DNA of 64,000 nucleotides, from assembly GCA_015067825.1 (NCBI GenBank), contig SVLQ01000001.1:12485-76484 (forward strand). Reading direction: 5' to 3'. Positions 1 to 9,699 of the stretch are shown one piece after another. Numbering within the stretch: the stretch's first letter is position 1; every line of letters starts with the position of its first letter. Below the pieces are notes generated by a model. The model had not been told where the DNA came from, made no database searches, and saw only the letters and a program-made list of their open reading frames with translations. The position numbers and the translations under genes were made by a program. Origin of the DNA: Oscillospiraceae bacterium (GTDB taxonomy: Bacteria > Bacillota > Clostridia > Oscillospirales > QAMX01).

Positions 1-76
1 TTGGAATTATTATAGCACAGATCTATCGGTTTCTGCAAGAAAAATGTGTGAGTTTCGTTTAAACCGAATTGGGGGC

Positions 77-105
77 TTGTGCGGCGGAGGCCGCGGCGCT
101 ATAAT
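77..105 (+). promoter_or_regulatory. candidate sigma-70 promoter of the GNAT/radical-SAM operon
   Basis: TTGTGC (77-82), 17-nt spacer, TATAAT (100-105); about 28 nt upstream of ATG 134. Confidence 0.4.
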
Positions 106-133
106 AGAGACAGATCAAGCGAAAGAGAGAAAC

Positions 134-1105
134 ATGATGGCGATCATTCAAACACACGATATTTTCCTCTACGGCGGCGGCAGCGTCGACGTGGTGTTGC
201 GTCCGCTGGCGGATGAGCATCTGCCTCTTCTGTACCGCTGGAACAGCGATCCGGAGGTTTTATACTGGAGCGAGGATGACGATTATCCCGAAGGCCACAG
301 CCGTGAGATGGTCGAACGCATTTACGGCTCCGTTTCAAAAAATGCCCTTTGTTTTCTGGTCGAAGCCAACGGTGAACCGGTCGGGGAGTGCTGGCTGCAA
401 AAGGTGACGCGTGCGGACGTTCTTGCGCAGTATCCCGCCGGCAGTGACGTGCGCCGCATCGATATGATGATCGGGGAAAAGGCGTGGTGGGGCAAGGGCG
501 TTGGCACGACGATGGTGCGGATGCTCCGCGAATACGCTTTTGCCGGCGAGAATGTCGACGTGCTCCACTGCTTTTGCCGTGATTACAACGAGCGCAGCGT
601 GCGCCTTTGGCAAAAGCTTGGTTTTTCGCTTTGCCAAAACGATCCGTTACCGGCGGGAGCAAAGGGGACGCGGCAGCTTGTCTGGCGGCAAACGCGCAGT
701 GCGTTTTCCAACAGCCGCCGCGAAAATATTCCGCCCGAAAAGATCTTTTGGATGCCGCTGGCGAACCTGCAGCCGAGCCAGCTTTGGGTCAGCGCAGGCA
801 AGCTCCGGCTCTGCCGCGAATGGTTTTCCGGCGACGTTTCCGAAATCGACCCGATCCCTCTGAAGTTTTTTCAAGGACGCCACCTGATGACCGACGGCCA
901 TACACGCGCGGTGATGGCGGTATTGGCCGGCGCGAAGGAAATTCCGTGCTACTGGGACGAAGATGAACTGGATATGAAGGCCTACGCGAAAGACATCGAA
1001 TGGTGCAACGAGGCGGGGATTCACAGCGCGGTCGATCTCGCCGGACGGATCTGTTCGGCCAAGGATTACGAGGTTCTGTGGCGAAAACGCTGTATGGAGA
1101 TGTGA
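134..1105 (+). CDS. GNAT N-acetyltransferase (AAC(6')-Ie-like subfamily) fused to a C-terminal ParB/Srx-like domain
   Basis: ORF track 44..1105; start moved to ATG 134 (MMAIIQ). N-half motif RIDMMIGEKAWWGKGVGT resembles the AAC(6')-Ie block DQFIGEPNYWSKGIGT. C-terminal ~125 aa has a ParB/Srx-like pattern: PLANLQPSQ ... IPLKFFQGRHLMTDGHTRAVMAVLAGAKEIP. Confidence 0.6.
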   Translation: MMAIIQTHDIFLYGGGSVDVVLRPLADEHLPLLYRWNSDPEVLYWSEDDDYPEGHSREMVERIYGSVSKNALCFLVEANGEPVGECWLQKVTRADVLAQYPAGSDVRRIDMMIGEKAWWGKGVGTTMVRMLREYAFAGENVDVLHCFCRDYNERSVRLWQKLGFSLCQNDPLPAGAKGTRQLVWRQTRSAFSNSRRENIPPEKIFWMPLANLQPSQLWVSAGKLRLCREWFSGDVSEIDPIPLKFFQGRHLMTDGHTRAVMAVLAGAKEIPCYWDEDELDMKAYAKDIEWCNEAGIHSAVDLAGRICSAKDYEVLWRKRCMEM

Positions 1106-1106
1106 G

Positions 1107-1604
1107 ATGCTGGAACTGAAACCGTATTGTGAAGCGAACAAAGCCGCAATGGTCACGCGCATCGCGCAGTTTTTTGGGTTTCACGCCGCGCTGCGGGATG
1201 CCGATCATGCACCGGATCTGCATGCTGCGGAGGAAACGCTTGCCGAATGGTTGCTGCCGCCGAGTAAACTGTACCGGATCGTTGCGGACGGTGTCGACGC
1301 CGGATTTTTGCGTCTTTGCTTTCGCGGCGGAAACGTCGCATGGATCGAGGATATCTTTGTCGATCCCGCCTGCCGCGGCCGTGGGTATGCCACCGCAGCG
1401 ATCGAGGAGGCCGAAAGGATCGTCGCGGCCGATCCGCGTTATACGGCGGTTTGTCTCGACGTTGTGCCACGCAATCAAGCCGCGCTGCATCTCTACCACA
1501 AGCTCGGATACGATCGGCTGAGCCTGATCACCGTGCGCAAAGAACTGCGCGGAGACCGGCGCGATCGCGCAGTACGACTGTTTGAACACGACTTTTCTTA
1601 TTGA
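1107..1604 (+). CDS. GNAT family N-acetyltransferase
   Basis: Starts 1 nt after the upstream stop; acetyl-CoA motif region IFVDPACRGRGYATAAIEEAE and LHLYHKLGY. Confidence 0.7.
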   Translation: MLELKPYCEANKAAMVTRIAQFFGFHAALRDADHAPDLHAAEETLAEWLLPPSKLYRIVADGVDAGFLRLCFRGGNVAWIEDIFVDPACRGRGYATAAIEEAERIVAADPRYTAVCLDVVPRNQAALHLYHKLGYDRLSLITVRKELRGDRRDRAVRLFEHDFSY

Positions 1605-1633
1605 CTATATGACTATACTTGGAGGGATCTCCT

Positions 1634-2689
1634 ATGAAATTACCGAAAATTACGGTTTGTGCCGATCTGGTAGGCTGCCCGAACCGCTGTCGCCATTGCT
1701 GGCTCGGCCATACGCCAAACGGTACGATGACGCCGGACGATCTGCGTACGATCGCCTCAGCATTTCGTCCGCTTGCCGAGACGCTCGTCGTCTACGATTG
1801 GTATCGTGAACCGGACTTCCGCGACGATTACCGCGAGCTGTGGGATCTGTGCAACGAACTGTCGGATCTCCCGCGTGACCATTTTGAACTGATGAGCGTT
1901 TGGCGCGCCGTACGAGATCTAAACTACGTGCCCTGGCTTGCATCTCTCGGTCTGAAATCGATGCAGCTTACGATCTTTGGCGGCCGTGAAACGACCGATC
2001 GTTACACCGGACGAAAAGGCGCTTACGACGATATCCTTGCCTGCATCGAGCAACTGATCGAACACAAAATTGCTCCACGCATCCAGTATTTTGCCTTTAC
2101 CGATACGGTCGGGGAGCTTTCGCACTTGGAATACCTGATCGATTCATTGCGGTTGGAAGAGCGTTGTAAAGCCTTCGGCGGTGAATTTTCCTGCTTTGTC
2201 CACGGCGGCTCCTGCGACGGTGCCGGTGAGCAACTGTACGGCAAACGCATCACAATAGCGGAGCTTTCCCAAATCCCGCCGCGCATTGCAGCGTACACGC
2301 TGCACCATTTCGGCGAATCCGATCTGCAAGACGTATTTGGCGAGCCGGAGTCCGCACTTTACGCACGCTTGCTCACGGATCGGAGCACCGATTCGTTTGT
2401 CGAGGATGAACCTGTTTTCTATGTCGACCACAAATGGGACGTGTACCCGAATATCACGGCGACCGAACCTGCATGGCGGTTAGGCAATCTGCGTACCGAC
2501 AGCGCGGAATCAATCGTGCGGGCATATCTGCAAAGCAGGAGCCTTGGACAGAAGACCCGCCTGCAAACTCCGCTTTGCGAGATCGTCCGCGCAGTCGGCG
2601 ATCCGGACGGCAGGGGACTCTTTGACGAGGGTGATTACGTGCAGTATTGTCTGAATCGCTATGTGCGGGAAAAAGGCGGTGCGAGATGA
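1634..2689 (+). CDS. radical SAM protein, function unknown
   Basis: ORF track 1619..2689; ATG 1634 lies 7 nt after GGAGGG. N-terminal CX3CX2C motif VGCPNRCRHCWLG; GGE-like FGGRET. Confidence 0.75.
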   Translation: MKLPKITVCADLVGCPNRCRHCWLGHTPNGTMTPDDLRTIASAFRPLAETLVVYDWYREPDFRDDYRELWDLCNELSDLPRDHFELMSVWRAVRDLNYVPWLASLGLKSMQLTIFGGRETTDRYTGRKGAYDDILACIEQLIEHKIAPRIQYFAFTDTVGELSHLEYLIDSLRLEERCKAFGGEFSCFVHGGSCDGAGEQLYGKRITIAELSQIPPRIAAYTLHHFGESDLQDVFGEPESALYARLLTDRSTDSFVEDEPVFYVDHKWDVYPNITATEPAWRLGNLRTDSAESIVRAYLQSRSLGQKTRLQTPLCEIVRAVGDPDGRGLFDEGDYVQYCLNRYVREKGGAR

Positions 2690-3321
2690 CCGCACTTTCT
2701 GATTATCTGTCCGATCCCTGCGGAACGCTGTCGATTCCGTACTGGAAGGCCAAGCGTATTGCCATCCCGCCGCATATGCGGATTGTTCACGGCCGCGACT
2801 TTTCCCCGGAACTGCTGTCGGCGTACCGGGATGAACCGTACTTTCGCCTATATCATGATCTGCACGGTGTGACTGCACCCAAATTGCCGGGATTTACCGT
2901 TAAAACGGCAACGGTATGCGATACGGAAACGATTGTCTCCGTGATCAACCGCTCGTATTCCGATTTGCAGATCGATCCGGCCCAGCTGCAAGGCTACCGG
3001 GAAACGCCAGTTTACGAGCCCGAACTGTGGGTTCTCGCGTGCGATAGCAGAACAGGCGAATGTATCGGCTGCGGGATCGCCGACTACGACAGGGAAGCCG
3101 AAGAGCTGATTTTAGAGTGGATCCAGGTTTTACCGGAATACCGCCGCCGCGGTGTGGGTTCGCTGATCGTCTGCGAACTGTTGCACCGCGGCAGAGCTTT
3201 GGGCGCGACATTTGCCACGGTCTCCGGTAAGGCCGAGAACCCGACCAAACCGGAACTCCTTTATCGCGCCTGCGGATTTACCGGCGGCGACGTCTGGCAC
3301 GTTCTGACGAAAGACGAATGA
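2686..3321 (+). CDS. GNAT family N-acetyltransferase
   Basis: ORF track 2647..3321; ATG 2686 forms an ATGA overlap with the radical SAM stop. Motif LEWIQVLPEYRRRGVGSLIV. Confidence 0.65.
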   Translation: MTALSDYLSDPCGTLSIPYWKAKRIAIPPHMRIVHGRDFSPELLSAYRDEPYFRLYHDLHGVTAPKLPGFTVKTATVCDTETIVSVINRSYSDLQIDPAQLQGYRETPVYEPELWVLACDSRTGECIGCGIADYDREAEELILEWIQVLPEYRRRGVGSLIVCELLHRGRALGATFATVSGKAENPTKPELLYRACGFTGGDVWHVLTKDE

Positions 3322-3333
3322 TTTTTACCAATA

Positions 3334-3372
3334 AAAAACCTCCGTATGGTTTACCATACGGAGGTTTCTTCT
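3334..3372. terminator. bidirectional rho-independent terminator
   Basis: 12-bp stem ACCTCCGTATGG / CCATACGGAGGT, loop TTTA, A-run before and T-rich run after; lies between convergent genes. Confidence 0.75.
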
Positions 3373-3381
3373 CTGTGAGAT

Positions 3382-3852
3382 CTATTTCAGGCGAATGATA
3401 ACGGCTTCGTCGCGGGCTTCGTCGTACCCGACCTGCACCTTTCTCCGGTAATAGATCGGAGCGTAGAGCGGCGATTTCTTCGATTCGTTGAAGACCGGAC
3501 GCGTCTTCAGCGTGCGCATCTCGCCGTTAATCTTCATTTCGACCTGAAAACCGAGATTCTTTTTCATCGCCTTCACCACGGCCTTTTCCGCAACCGAATA
3601 CTGGATGTACTTCAGCTTCAGCGACTGGTACCGCCGCCACTGACAAACGTAGTAGACGGTCGACGGCACCCAAATCACAACGAGCAGCGCGAGCATGATC
3701 ACACCCAGCATATAGTACGGCGTGAAGAACATGGTCAAAAACGCGATCGAAAACACGACGAGCAGCGCGACCGTCGTTCCGGCGCTGGAACGGTAGTAAC
3801 GTGCGGCTGTGTTGGCAACCGCGAGCGGATTTTTCTTTGTCTTCGGTTTCAT
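3382..3852 (-). CDS. hypothetical membrane protein (2 predicted TM helices plus soluble C-terminal domain)
   Basis: ORF track; hydrophobic stretches TTVALLVVFSIAFLTMFF and MLGVIMLALLVVIWV; AGGAGA RBS upstream of the ATG. Confidence 0.5.
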   Translation of the reverse strand: MKPKTKKNPLAVANTAARYYRSSAGTTVALLVVFSIAFLTMFFTPYYMLGVIMLALLVVIWVPSTVYYVCQWRRYQSLKLKYIQYSVAEKAVVKAMKKNLGFQVEMKINGEMRTLKTRPVFNESKKSPLYAPIYYRRKVQVGYDEARDEAVIIRLK

Positions 3853-3882
3853 ATCATTTCTCCTGTTTGTCGGGAACGTGTG

Positions 3883-6126
3883 TCAGGCGTGAGCGGTGAC
3901 ACGCAGAATGCCATCGGCATCACGCTGGGCTGCGAGTTCGGGCGAAAGCGGAGTTGCCGCAGAAATCGGGCAGATGCCCTCACCGGTGATATCCAGCGCG
4001 GTCACAACGCCGTCTTTCCACGCAAAGTCGATCGCAAAACCGCCGCGTGCGCGCAGACCGCGGGCACTGCCGTTTTTCCAAAGCTTCGGGCAGGCGGGCA
4101 GCAGATCGACCGCGTCACCGTGGCTCTGCAGAATCATTTCGCAAACGGCAGCGCAACCGCCAAAGTTGCCGTCGATCTGGAAAATACGCGGCGGATGCAG
4201 GTCCATCAGCGAGACCGTTGCGAAATCACAGATCAGCGCGAGCAGATGCTCGTAGGCGAGTTCGGCTTCCTTGAAACGTGCAAACAGGCATGCCGTCCAC
4301 GCTCGGCTCCAGCCGGTATGGCCGCCGCCGTGCGAAAGACGGATCTCGAGCGAACGTTTTGCAGCCGCAAAGAATTCCGGGCGGAGCGTTTCGGTAAACA
4401 TTGCCGCCGGATAGGCGCCGATCAGATGCGAGGTGTGGCGATGGCCGGGTTCAGGTTCGTCGTATTCCTGATCGTATTCCAAAAGCTGACCCTTCGAACC
4501 GACTTGGAACGGCGGCAACTTCTTGAGCATTTCATTCCATTTTGTGATCTTATCCCGGTCAACCCCCAGAATCTCTGCCGAGCGGATGCAGAATTCCAAA
4601 ACCATCGCGCACATCTGCACGTCGATGGTCGCGTTCTTAACGATCGAGACCGAAGCATTTTTTGTTCCGGACATGCGGTTTTCCGGCGACTGGCTGGGGG
4701 CGATTGTCAGCTTTCCGTCGGCAGCTTCGTAGGTATAATCCTCATAGAACTGCGCACACTCCACAAAATAGGGGTAAGCGCGGTTTCTGAGGAAATCCTT
4801 GTCGAGCGAGTAGGCGTAGCGATCCCAGTAGTGCAGGGCGAGCCACGGCGCACAACTGGTGATAACCGACCAGCCGTTGGCTTCGGGCGTGGCAATGCTC
4901 CAAGCATCGGTTTGGAGCGGGAAGAGAATGCCGCGGCAACCGTAAAGCTTCTGTGCGGCTTCTCTAGCTGAGGGGAGCATGCGCTCGATCCACGCAAACA
5001 GCGCTTCCGTTGTTTCGGCAAGACCGGCGGCTTCGGCGGCCCAGTAGTTCATTTGCAGGTTGATATCGAGGTGGAAGTCGGATTCCCATGGCGGGAACAG
5101 CTCTTCGTTCCAAATGCCCTGCAGATTCGGCGGCAGCGAGCCGGCAGAGGAGATCAGCAGGTAACGGCCGAGGTTAAAATAAAGGATCGGCATCGAGGGT
5201 TCGCCGCCGGTGCGGTAAGCCTCCAGACGCTTGTCGGTATCGATGTCGGAACTTTCGCAGTCGAGCGTGATCGCAGCGCGGTTGTAAAGCTTGCCGAATT
5301 CCGCTTTGTGCGCAGCAAAAACCGCACCGAAATCCGGGCATTCGGACGGAACGGCCGCTTCTTCCTGCGGATCCAGACCTTGCGCGGAGGTACCGATGTT
5401 CAAGACGATGATTGCCTCTGTCGCATCGGAGAGGGTGAGCGTTCTGTGATCCGCAACGAGCGTACCGTTGGTGAACAGGGCGGCGTGCACTGCAAATTTG
5501 ATGCCGGTTATAAACCCGGCATCAAAGGCGATCGTACCGTTTTGGCCGTCCGACGTCGCAGTGACGGTGGCAGAACAACTGTCATCCTCAATGCGGGTGA
5601 TGGCAAATTTTTCTCGCAGAGTTCCGTTTTTGGCGGTCAGGCGCACGAAAATCTTGCCCATCGGGTAGGCGCAGAATACCGACTTTTCGACGGTCGTGCC
5701 ACCGATGGTGTAGTGGATGGTGGCGCAAGCATCCGCGAGCGAGAGAACGCGCGCATAGTTTTCGATTTCACCTTCTGCCAGCTCGTAAATCATCAGATCG
5801 CCGGCGGGCTGATAGGGGTCGATGCGCTCCGGCTTTTCCAAGTAGACCCTGCCGCCGGTGGGGGAAAAATAGTCGTTGGCAAGTCGGGTGGCCGTTTCGT
5901 AGTCTTCCGCCTCGAGCAAAGCGCGAACTTCTTCCAGCGCACCTTCCGGCGGCAGGATGAACTCGCGGTCGCTGTATTTGCCGGTATAGAGCCATTCGTG
6001 GTTTAAGGCGAGGCGTTCTTCCTTTGGTGTACCGCAAAGGGTCACGCCCAAACGGCCGTTACCTAATAAAAGACCCTCTTTCCAAGCGGAAGGAGGGGCA
6101 GAATATCTCAGAATATGATCGCTCAT
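3883..6126 (-). CDS. glycoside hydrolase family 95 (alpha-L-fucosidase-like)
   Basis: ORF track 3883..6159; start moved to ATG 6126 (MSDHILRY), 9 nt after GAGGAG. GH95-type block [34 protein letters not shown]. Confidence 0.8.
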   Translation of the reverse strand: MSDHILRYSAPPSAWKEGLLLGNGRLGVTLCGTPKEERLALNHEWLYTGKYSDREFILPPEGALEEVRALLEAEDYETATRLANDYFSPTGGRVYLEKPERIDPYQPAGDLMIYELAEGEIENYARVLSLADACATIHYTIGGTTVEKSVFCAYPMGKIFVRLTAKNGTLREKFAITRIEDDSCSATVTATSDGQNGTIAFDAGFITGIKFAVHAALFTNGTLVADHRTLTLSDATEAIIVLNIGTSAQGLDPQEEAAVPSECPDFGAVFAAHKAEFGKLYNRAAITLDCESSDIDTDKRLEAYRTGGEPSMPILYFNLGRYLLISSAGSLPPNLQGIWNEELFPPWESDFHLDINLQMNYWAAEAAGLAETTEALFAWIERMLPSAREAAQKLYGCRGILFPLQTDAWSIATPEANGWSVITSCAPWLALHYWDRYAYSLDKDFLRNRAYPYFVECAQFYEDYTYEAADGKLTIAPSQSPENRMSGTKNASVSIVKNATIDVQMCAMVLEFCIRSAEILGVDRDKITKWNEMLKKLPPFQVGSKGQLLEYDQEYDEPEPGHRHTSHLIGAYPAAMFTETLRPEFFAAAKRSLEIRLSHGGGHTGWSRAWTACLFARFKEAELAYEHLLALICDFATVSLMDLHPPRIFQIDGNFGGCAAVCEMILQSHGDAVDLLPACPKLWKNGSARGLRARGGFAIDFAWKDGVVTALDITGEGICPISAATPLSPELAAQRDADGILRVTAHA

Positions 6127-6303
6127 AAATAACATCTCCTCAGTCATACGAATTTTCATAAGGGGAAAACCGAAAAAATGCGTTTTTCTCTATATATATT
6201 ATATCATATAAAAAAATGTTTTACAAGACTATACTTTTTGCACAATCTATGGTATCATTATGTTTCGATGGCATCGGATTGGAGACGAAAGGAGCGCGGA
6301 ACA

Positions 6304-8502
6304 ATGATGGAAGCGACCCCGGAGGCGAATTATCTGCAGAATACGCGTGATTTGCTGCAAAAGGAGATCGAAACGCTGGGCGAAGCCGGCGTGCGTCTGC
6401 AGAATGAATTGTACACAAAATCCAAATACATGTGGGAAGAACTGCCGCAGCTCGTGCGCACGTTCGACGATGCGGCCGCGTTGGCATCACAGCTGAGCGA
6501 GGTTGGCCACAGCGAACAGCAGATCGACGAAAACCGTCTGCGCTGTGCGGTACTGGAAAAAATGCTCGACAAGCCCTATTTTGGCAGTGTGGATTTCCGC
6601 GCCGACGGCGAAGAGACCGAGCGTTTCTATTTTGGTTTGGCCAATCTGATGGACAAACGCGACTACTCCATGGTCGTCTGCGACTGGCGCGCGCCGGTTG
6701 CCTCGCTCTTTTACGAAAACGGCATCGGCCGCACCGCCTACGAAAGCCCCGATGGCCAAATCTGCGGCGAGGTTACCCGTCTCCGGCAGTATGAAATCGA
6801 AAAAGGTCAGCTGCGGCTGGTGATCGATTCCGATGTCAAAATCGACGACTCGATCCTTTTGAATGCCTTGGGTGGCGAATCGAGCGACAAGATGAAAACG
6901 ATCATCTCCACGATCCAACGTGAGCAGAATCTCGTCATCCGCGACAGCGAAAGCGATCTTCTCTTGGTGCTCGGTCCGGCCGGCAGCGGTAAGACGAGTA
7001 TTGCGCTGCACAGAGTGGCGTATCTTCTGTACCGCGACCGCAAAAAGCTGAAATCGAAAAATATCCTTGTCTTTTCACCCAACGATATTTTCTCTAACTA
7101 CATTGCCGGGGTTATCCCGGAGTTGGGCGAGCAGGAGGTCATGACTACGACCTTTGCCGAAATGATCCAGCGCTACTGCGGCAGTTCGGTCACGGAAATG
7201 TACGAGCAGGTCGAATTTTTGGCGACCGCGCCGGATACGCCGCAAAACCGCGTGCGTAAGCTCGGTATTCGTTTGAAGGGCAGCCGGGAATTCCCGCAGC
7301 TCATCAAGCGGTTTGTCGAAACCTATGTGCCGCCGTTTGAAAACATCGAGTTTCAGGGCAAAATCATTCTTTCGGCCGAGACGATGCGTGCACTCTACAC
7401 CGACCGTTTTGGTCATATGAACCGCATCGACCGTTTGTCGGCTGTCTACAGCGAAATCGAACGCCTGCTCGGTCCGGTGCAGCAGCGCTATATCAAAGAA
7501 AAAGAGGCCGAGCTGGTTGCAAACGGCTTTGCTTCCGGAGATCTCCATGTCGACCTCAAGATCCGCCGTGCCTTCCGCGACGAAGCGGATGCAATGCTCG
7601 CCCGCATCAAAGCGGCGACACAGCTCGATTTCCATGTGCTCTATGCCGACGCCCTTTCCTATGCGGTCGAGCACTCTGCCCAACTCTCTGCCGAGGAAAA
7701 AGCGTTGCTGCTGGATGCTCCGTTTGATGTCCCGGTTGGCGGACGCGTTTATTTTGAAGACGGCATCGGTGTTTTACTGCTGATCACGCTGTTTGGCGCA
7801 CTGCCGCCGGTCAAGGCGATCAAGCATGTTGTCATCGATGAGATCCAGGATTACAGCCCTGCCCAGCACGAGATCTTTGCCCGCGTGTTTGCCAACTGCG
7901 GCCTGACCCTGCTCGGCGACACGAGTCAGCTTGTCAACACCGGTATGGGAATGGAAAGCGGAGAAGAAATCCTCGCGATCTACGGTCGGAGTTCGAGCGG
8001 TCTGCGGCGGCTTACCAAAAGCTATCGCTCCACAACCGAAATCACCACCCTCGCAGATGCCGTTCTGAAGCGCAAAGACCCGATCGAGTATTTTGAGCGC
8101 CACGGCAGTCCTGTTGTTTTCCGCACGGTTACCGGCGAAAAAGCGGCTGCAACTTTGATCTGCGATTTGCTCAACGCAGCCGAGGGCAAAAGCGGCGCTA
8201 CCGCCGTTATCACCCGTACAATTGCCGACGCTCGCCGGCTTTACCAAAAATGCCACCGCTTTGTGCGGGGACTGATCCTTGCTGACGATGACAAAATGGC
8301 CTATGAGCACGGTCGCTGCATCATTCCGCTTGCCCTTTCCAAGGGGATGGAATTCGACCGCGTGATCCTTGCCGACAGCAGCCTCTACGGCGAGGCGGAC
8401 GACAAGCTGCTCTACGTTGCGCTTACCCGTGCGATGCACGAATTGACGGTGATCGGCGTGAAGAAACAGTCCGCGCTGATCCCAAAGGAGTTTTTGGCAT
8501 GA
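6304..8502 (+). CDS. helD: UvrD-like ATP-dependent helicase, HelD (helicase IV) type
   Basis: ORF track 6178..8502; ATG 6304 follows a GGAG RBS. N-terminal coiled-coil-like segment, Walker A LVLGPAGSGKTSIALHR, C-terminal YVALTRAMHEL. Confidence 0.75.
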   Translation: MMEATPEANYLQNTRDLLQKEIETLGEAGVRLQNELYTKSKYMWEELPQLVRTFDDAAALASQLSEVGHSEQQIDENRLRCAVLEKMLDKPYFGSVDFRADGEETERFYFGLANLMDKRDYSMVVCDWRAPVASLFYENGIGRTAYESPDGQICGEVTRLRQYEIEKGQLRLVIDSDVKIDDSILLNALGGESSDKMKTIISTIQREQNLVIRDSESDLLLVLGPAGSGKTSIALHRVAYLLYRDRKKLKSKNILVFSPNDIFSNYIAGVIPELGEQEVMTTTFAEMIQRYCGSSVTEMYEQVEFLATAPDTPQNRVRKLGIRLKGSREFPQLIKRFVETYVPPFENIEFQGKIILSAETMRALYTDRFGHMNRIDRLSAVYSEIERLLGPVQQRYIKEKEAELVANGFASGDLHVDLKIRRAFRDEADAMLARIKAATQLDFHVLYADALSYAVEHSAQLSAEEKALLLDAPFDVPVGGRVYFEDGIGVLLLITLFGALPPVKAIKHVVIDEIQDYSPAQHEIFARVFANCGLTLLGDTSQLVNTGMGMESGEEILAIYGRSSSGLRRLTKSYRSTTEITTLADAVLKRKDPIEYFERHGSPVVFRTVTGEKAAATLICDLLNAAEGKSGATAVITRTIADARRLYQKCHRFVRGLILADDDKMAYEHGRCIIPLALSKGMEFDRVILADSSLYGEADDKLLYVALTRAMHELTVIGVKKQSALIPKEFLA

Positions 8503-8903
8503 AAGAAGCCTTACTGACAACGCAAATGACAAAGCAGGATGCGGCAATGCTTGGCGCGCTGGAGCTTGCATACGTCGGGGACTGCGTGTTTGAATTGCTC
8601 GTCCGCACGCATCTTTTGCGCACGAGTGGCCGCAAGGTCAAGGAGCTGCACGGCTTGGTGGTCAAGCACGTCTGCGCAGCCGGCCAGGCAGCGCTTGCGA
8701 ACCGTATTCTCGATCAGCTGACCGACGATGAGCTCGCTGTTTTCAAGCGCGGCCGCAACCACCGACACCCACGGATTCCCAAAGGGAGCAGCCCGGCGGA
8801 ATACGGTCTGGCAACGGCGTTTGAAGCGCTGATGGGGTATCTCTACCTTTGCGGAGAAACCGAACGCATCCTTGCGCTGACAGAATCTGCCTTTGAAGCA
8901 TAA
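8499..8903 (+). CDS. mrnC: Mini-ribonuclease 3
   Basis: LAYVGDCVFELLVRTHL signature; 134 aa; ATGA overlap with the helD stop. Confidence 0.8.
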   Translation: MKEALLTTQMTKQDAAMLGALELAYVGDCVFELLVRTHLLRTSGRKVKELHGLVVKHVCAAGQAALANRILDQLTDDELAVFKRGRNHRHPRIPKGSSPAEYGLATAFEALMGYLYLCGETERILALTESAFEA

Positions 8904-8905
8904 AG

Positions 8906-8945
8906 AAACTCCGCAGGGAAGTTTTTCTTCACTGCGGAGTTTTTT
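8906..8945. terminator. bidirectional terminator between mrnC and the SLOG gene
   Basis: Stem AAACTCCGCAG / CTGCGGAGTTT followed by a T-run; overlaps the last codons of the minus-strand gene. Confidence 0.65.
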
Positions 8946-9471
8946 CCAAACCATCGTCCAGCGAGAGCTGGTTTTCATCAGCGGGATCGGTGCAGAGGTT
9001 GATTACCATGCGCCCGTAACGGTTGGCCATGCGCCATGTGGAGGCTGTGCCGCCATTGCTGCCGTTGAAATAAGCCACGCAAACCGACGACTGCTCGACC
9101 ATATAGCGGTTGCGGACTTGCATACATCCGTTATAGTAGGGCGTGTAGGATGTATAGACGACGTGGTCGGCGAGGCCAATCAGCTCCGCGTACGCTTCCT
9201 GCTGTGCATGCCGCCAGCGCATATCCTGATGCATACAGGGGATTGCCAAGGTCAGCGTGATCGGCAGACCGTCTGCCCGTGCCGCGCAAACCGCCTTGGC
9301 CGCCAATGTGTCGAATCCGAGTGCGGCACCGCTGATGAAATTCCGGATGCCCTTTTCGCAGAGCGAACGGATCGTTTCGGCGAGAGCTGCTTCAAGTTGG
9401 GGAAGCGAATCCTTGGGGATCATGCGGTGGCCGGTGAACATCGCGTTTTTGCCGATATCGGTGTGTTCCAT
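8929..9471 (-). CDS. SLOG-fold DUF1273 (YpsA-like) protein
   Basis: ORF track 8929..9549; start moved to ATG 9471 (MEHTDIGKNAMFTGHR). FTGHR N-terminus and GAALGFD block are typical of DUF1273. Confidence 0.55.
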   Translation of the reverse strand: MEHTDIGKNAMFTGHRMIPKDSLPQLEAALAETIRSLCEKGIRNFISGAALGFDTLAAKAVCAARADGLPITLTLAIPCMHQDMRWRHAQQEAYAELIGLADHVVYTSYTPYYNGCMQVRNRYMVEQSSVCVAYFNGSNGGTASTWRMANRYGRMVINLCTDPADENQLSLDDGLEKTPQ

Positions 9472-9699
9472 ACAACCTCTTTCAAACACGGCGGGCCGTG
9501 AAAAAAAACAAACAAAAGTTTGGATATAGTATAACATAGCCGCCGACAAAAGTCAAACGAAACCGCGCCGCAATTTGTCGGATAAAATTTTCTCCGCAGC
9601 AGGAAATGACACGAAAAATTCACAACTATCGTATATAATATATAGGTACGGCTGTGCGGATGCGTTCGCCGGCCGAAACCGTGAAAGGCAGCGATACAG

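Noticed and set aside
44-133. The ORF track suggests N-terminal extensions for many genes: 44, 1619, 2647, 6178, 12022, 13694, 22219, 25729, 28183, 29257, 32744, 36002, 39449, 39780, 40617, 41104, 41594, 47628, 54985, 56701.
   Set aside because: The extended starts lack Shine-Dalgarno support, overlap upstream genes or promoters, or add residues absent from the conserved family N-termini. Downstream ATG, GTG or TTG codons with GGAGG-like RBS at 5-11 nt were preferred.
3880-6006. Other long antisense or overlapping ORFs in the track: 3880..4971, 5053..6006, 6487..7683, 7774..8571, 9420..10217, 15940..17352, 19817..20617, 24158..25693, 26005..26952, 33104..34231, 36960..37844, 37984..39678, 50769..52028, 53106..54428, 57033..58688, 59990..61267, 62993..63967.
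   Set aside because: Each lies opposite, or out of frame with, a gene that has clear family motifs (GH95, HelD, SBP, MutS2, PhoH, YqfD, SpoIVA-region, AtpA, AtpD, HslO, HflK and others). Several are codon-aligned shadow frames: atpA and its antisense ORF, and atpD and its antisense ORF, share phase 0 mod 3. Their translations are low-complexity and lack RBS support.
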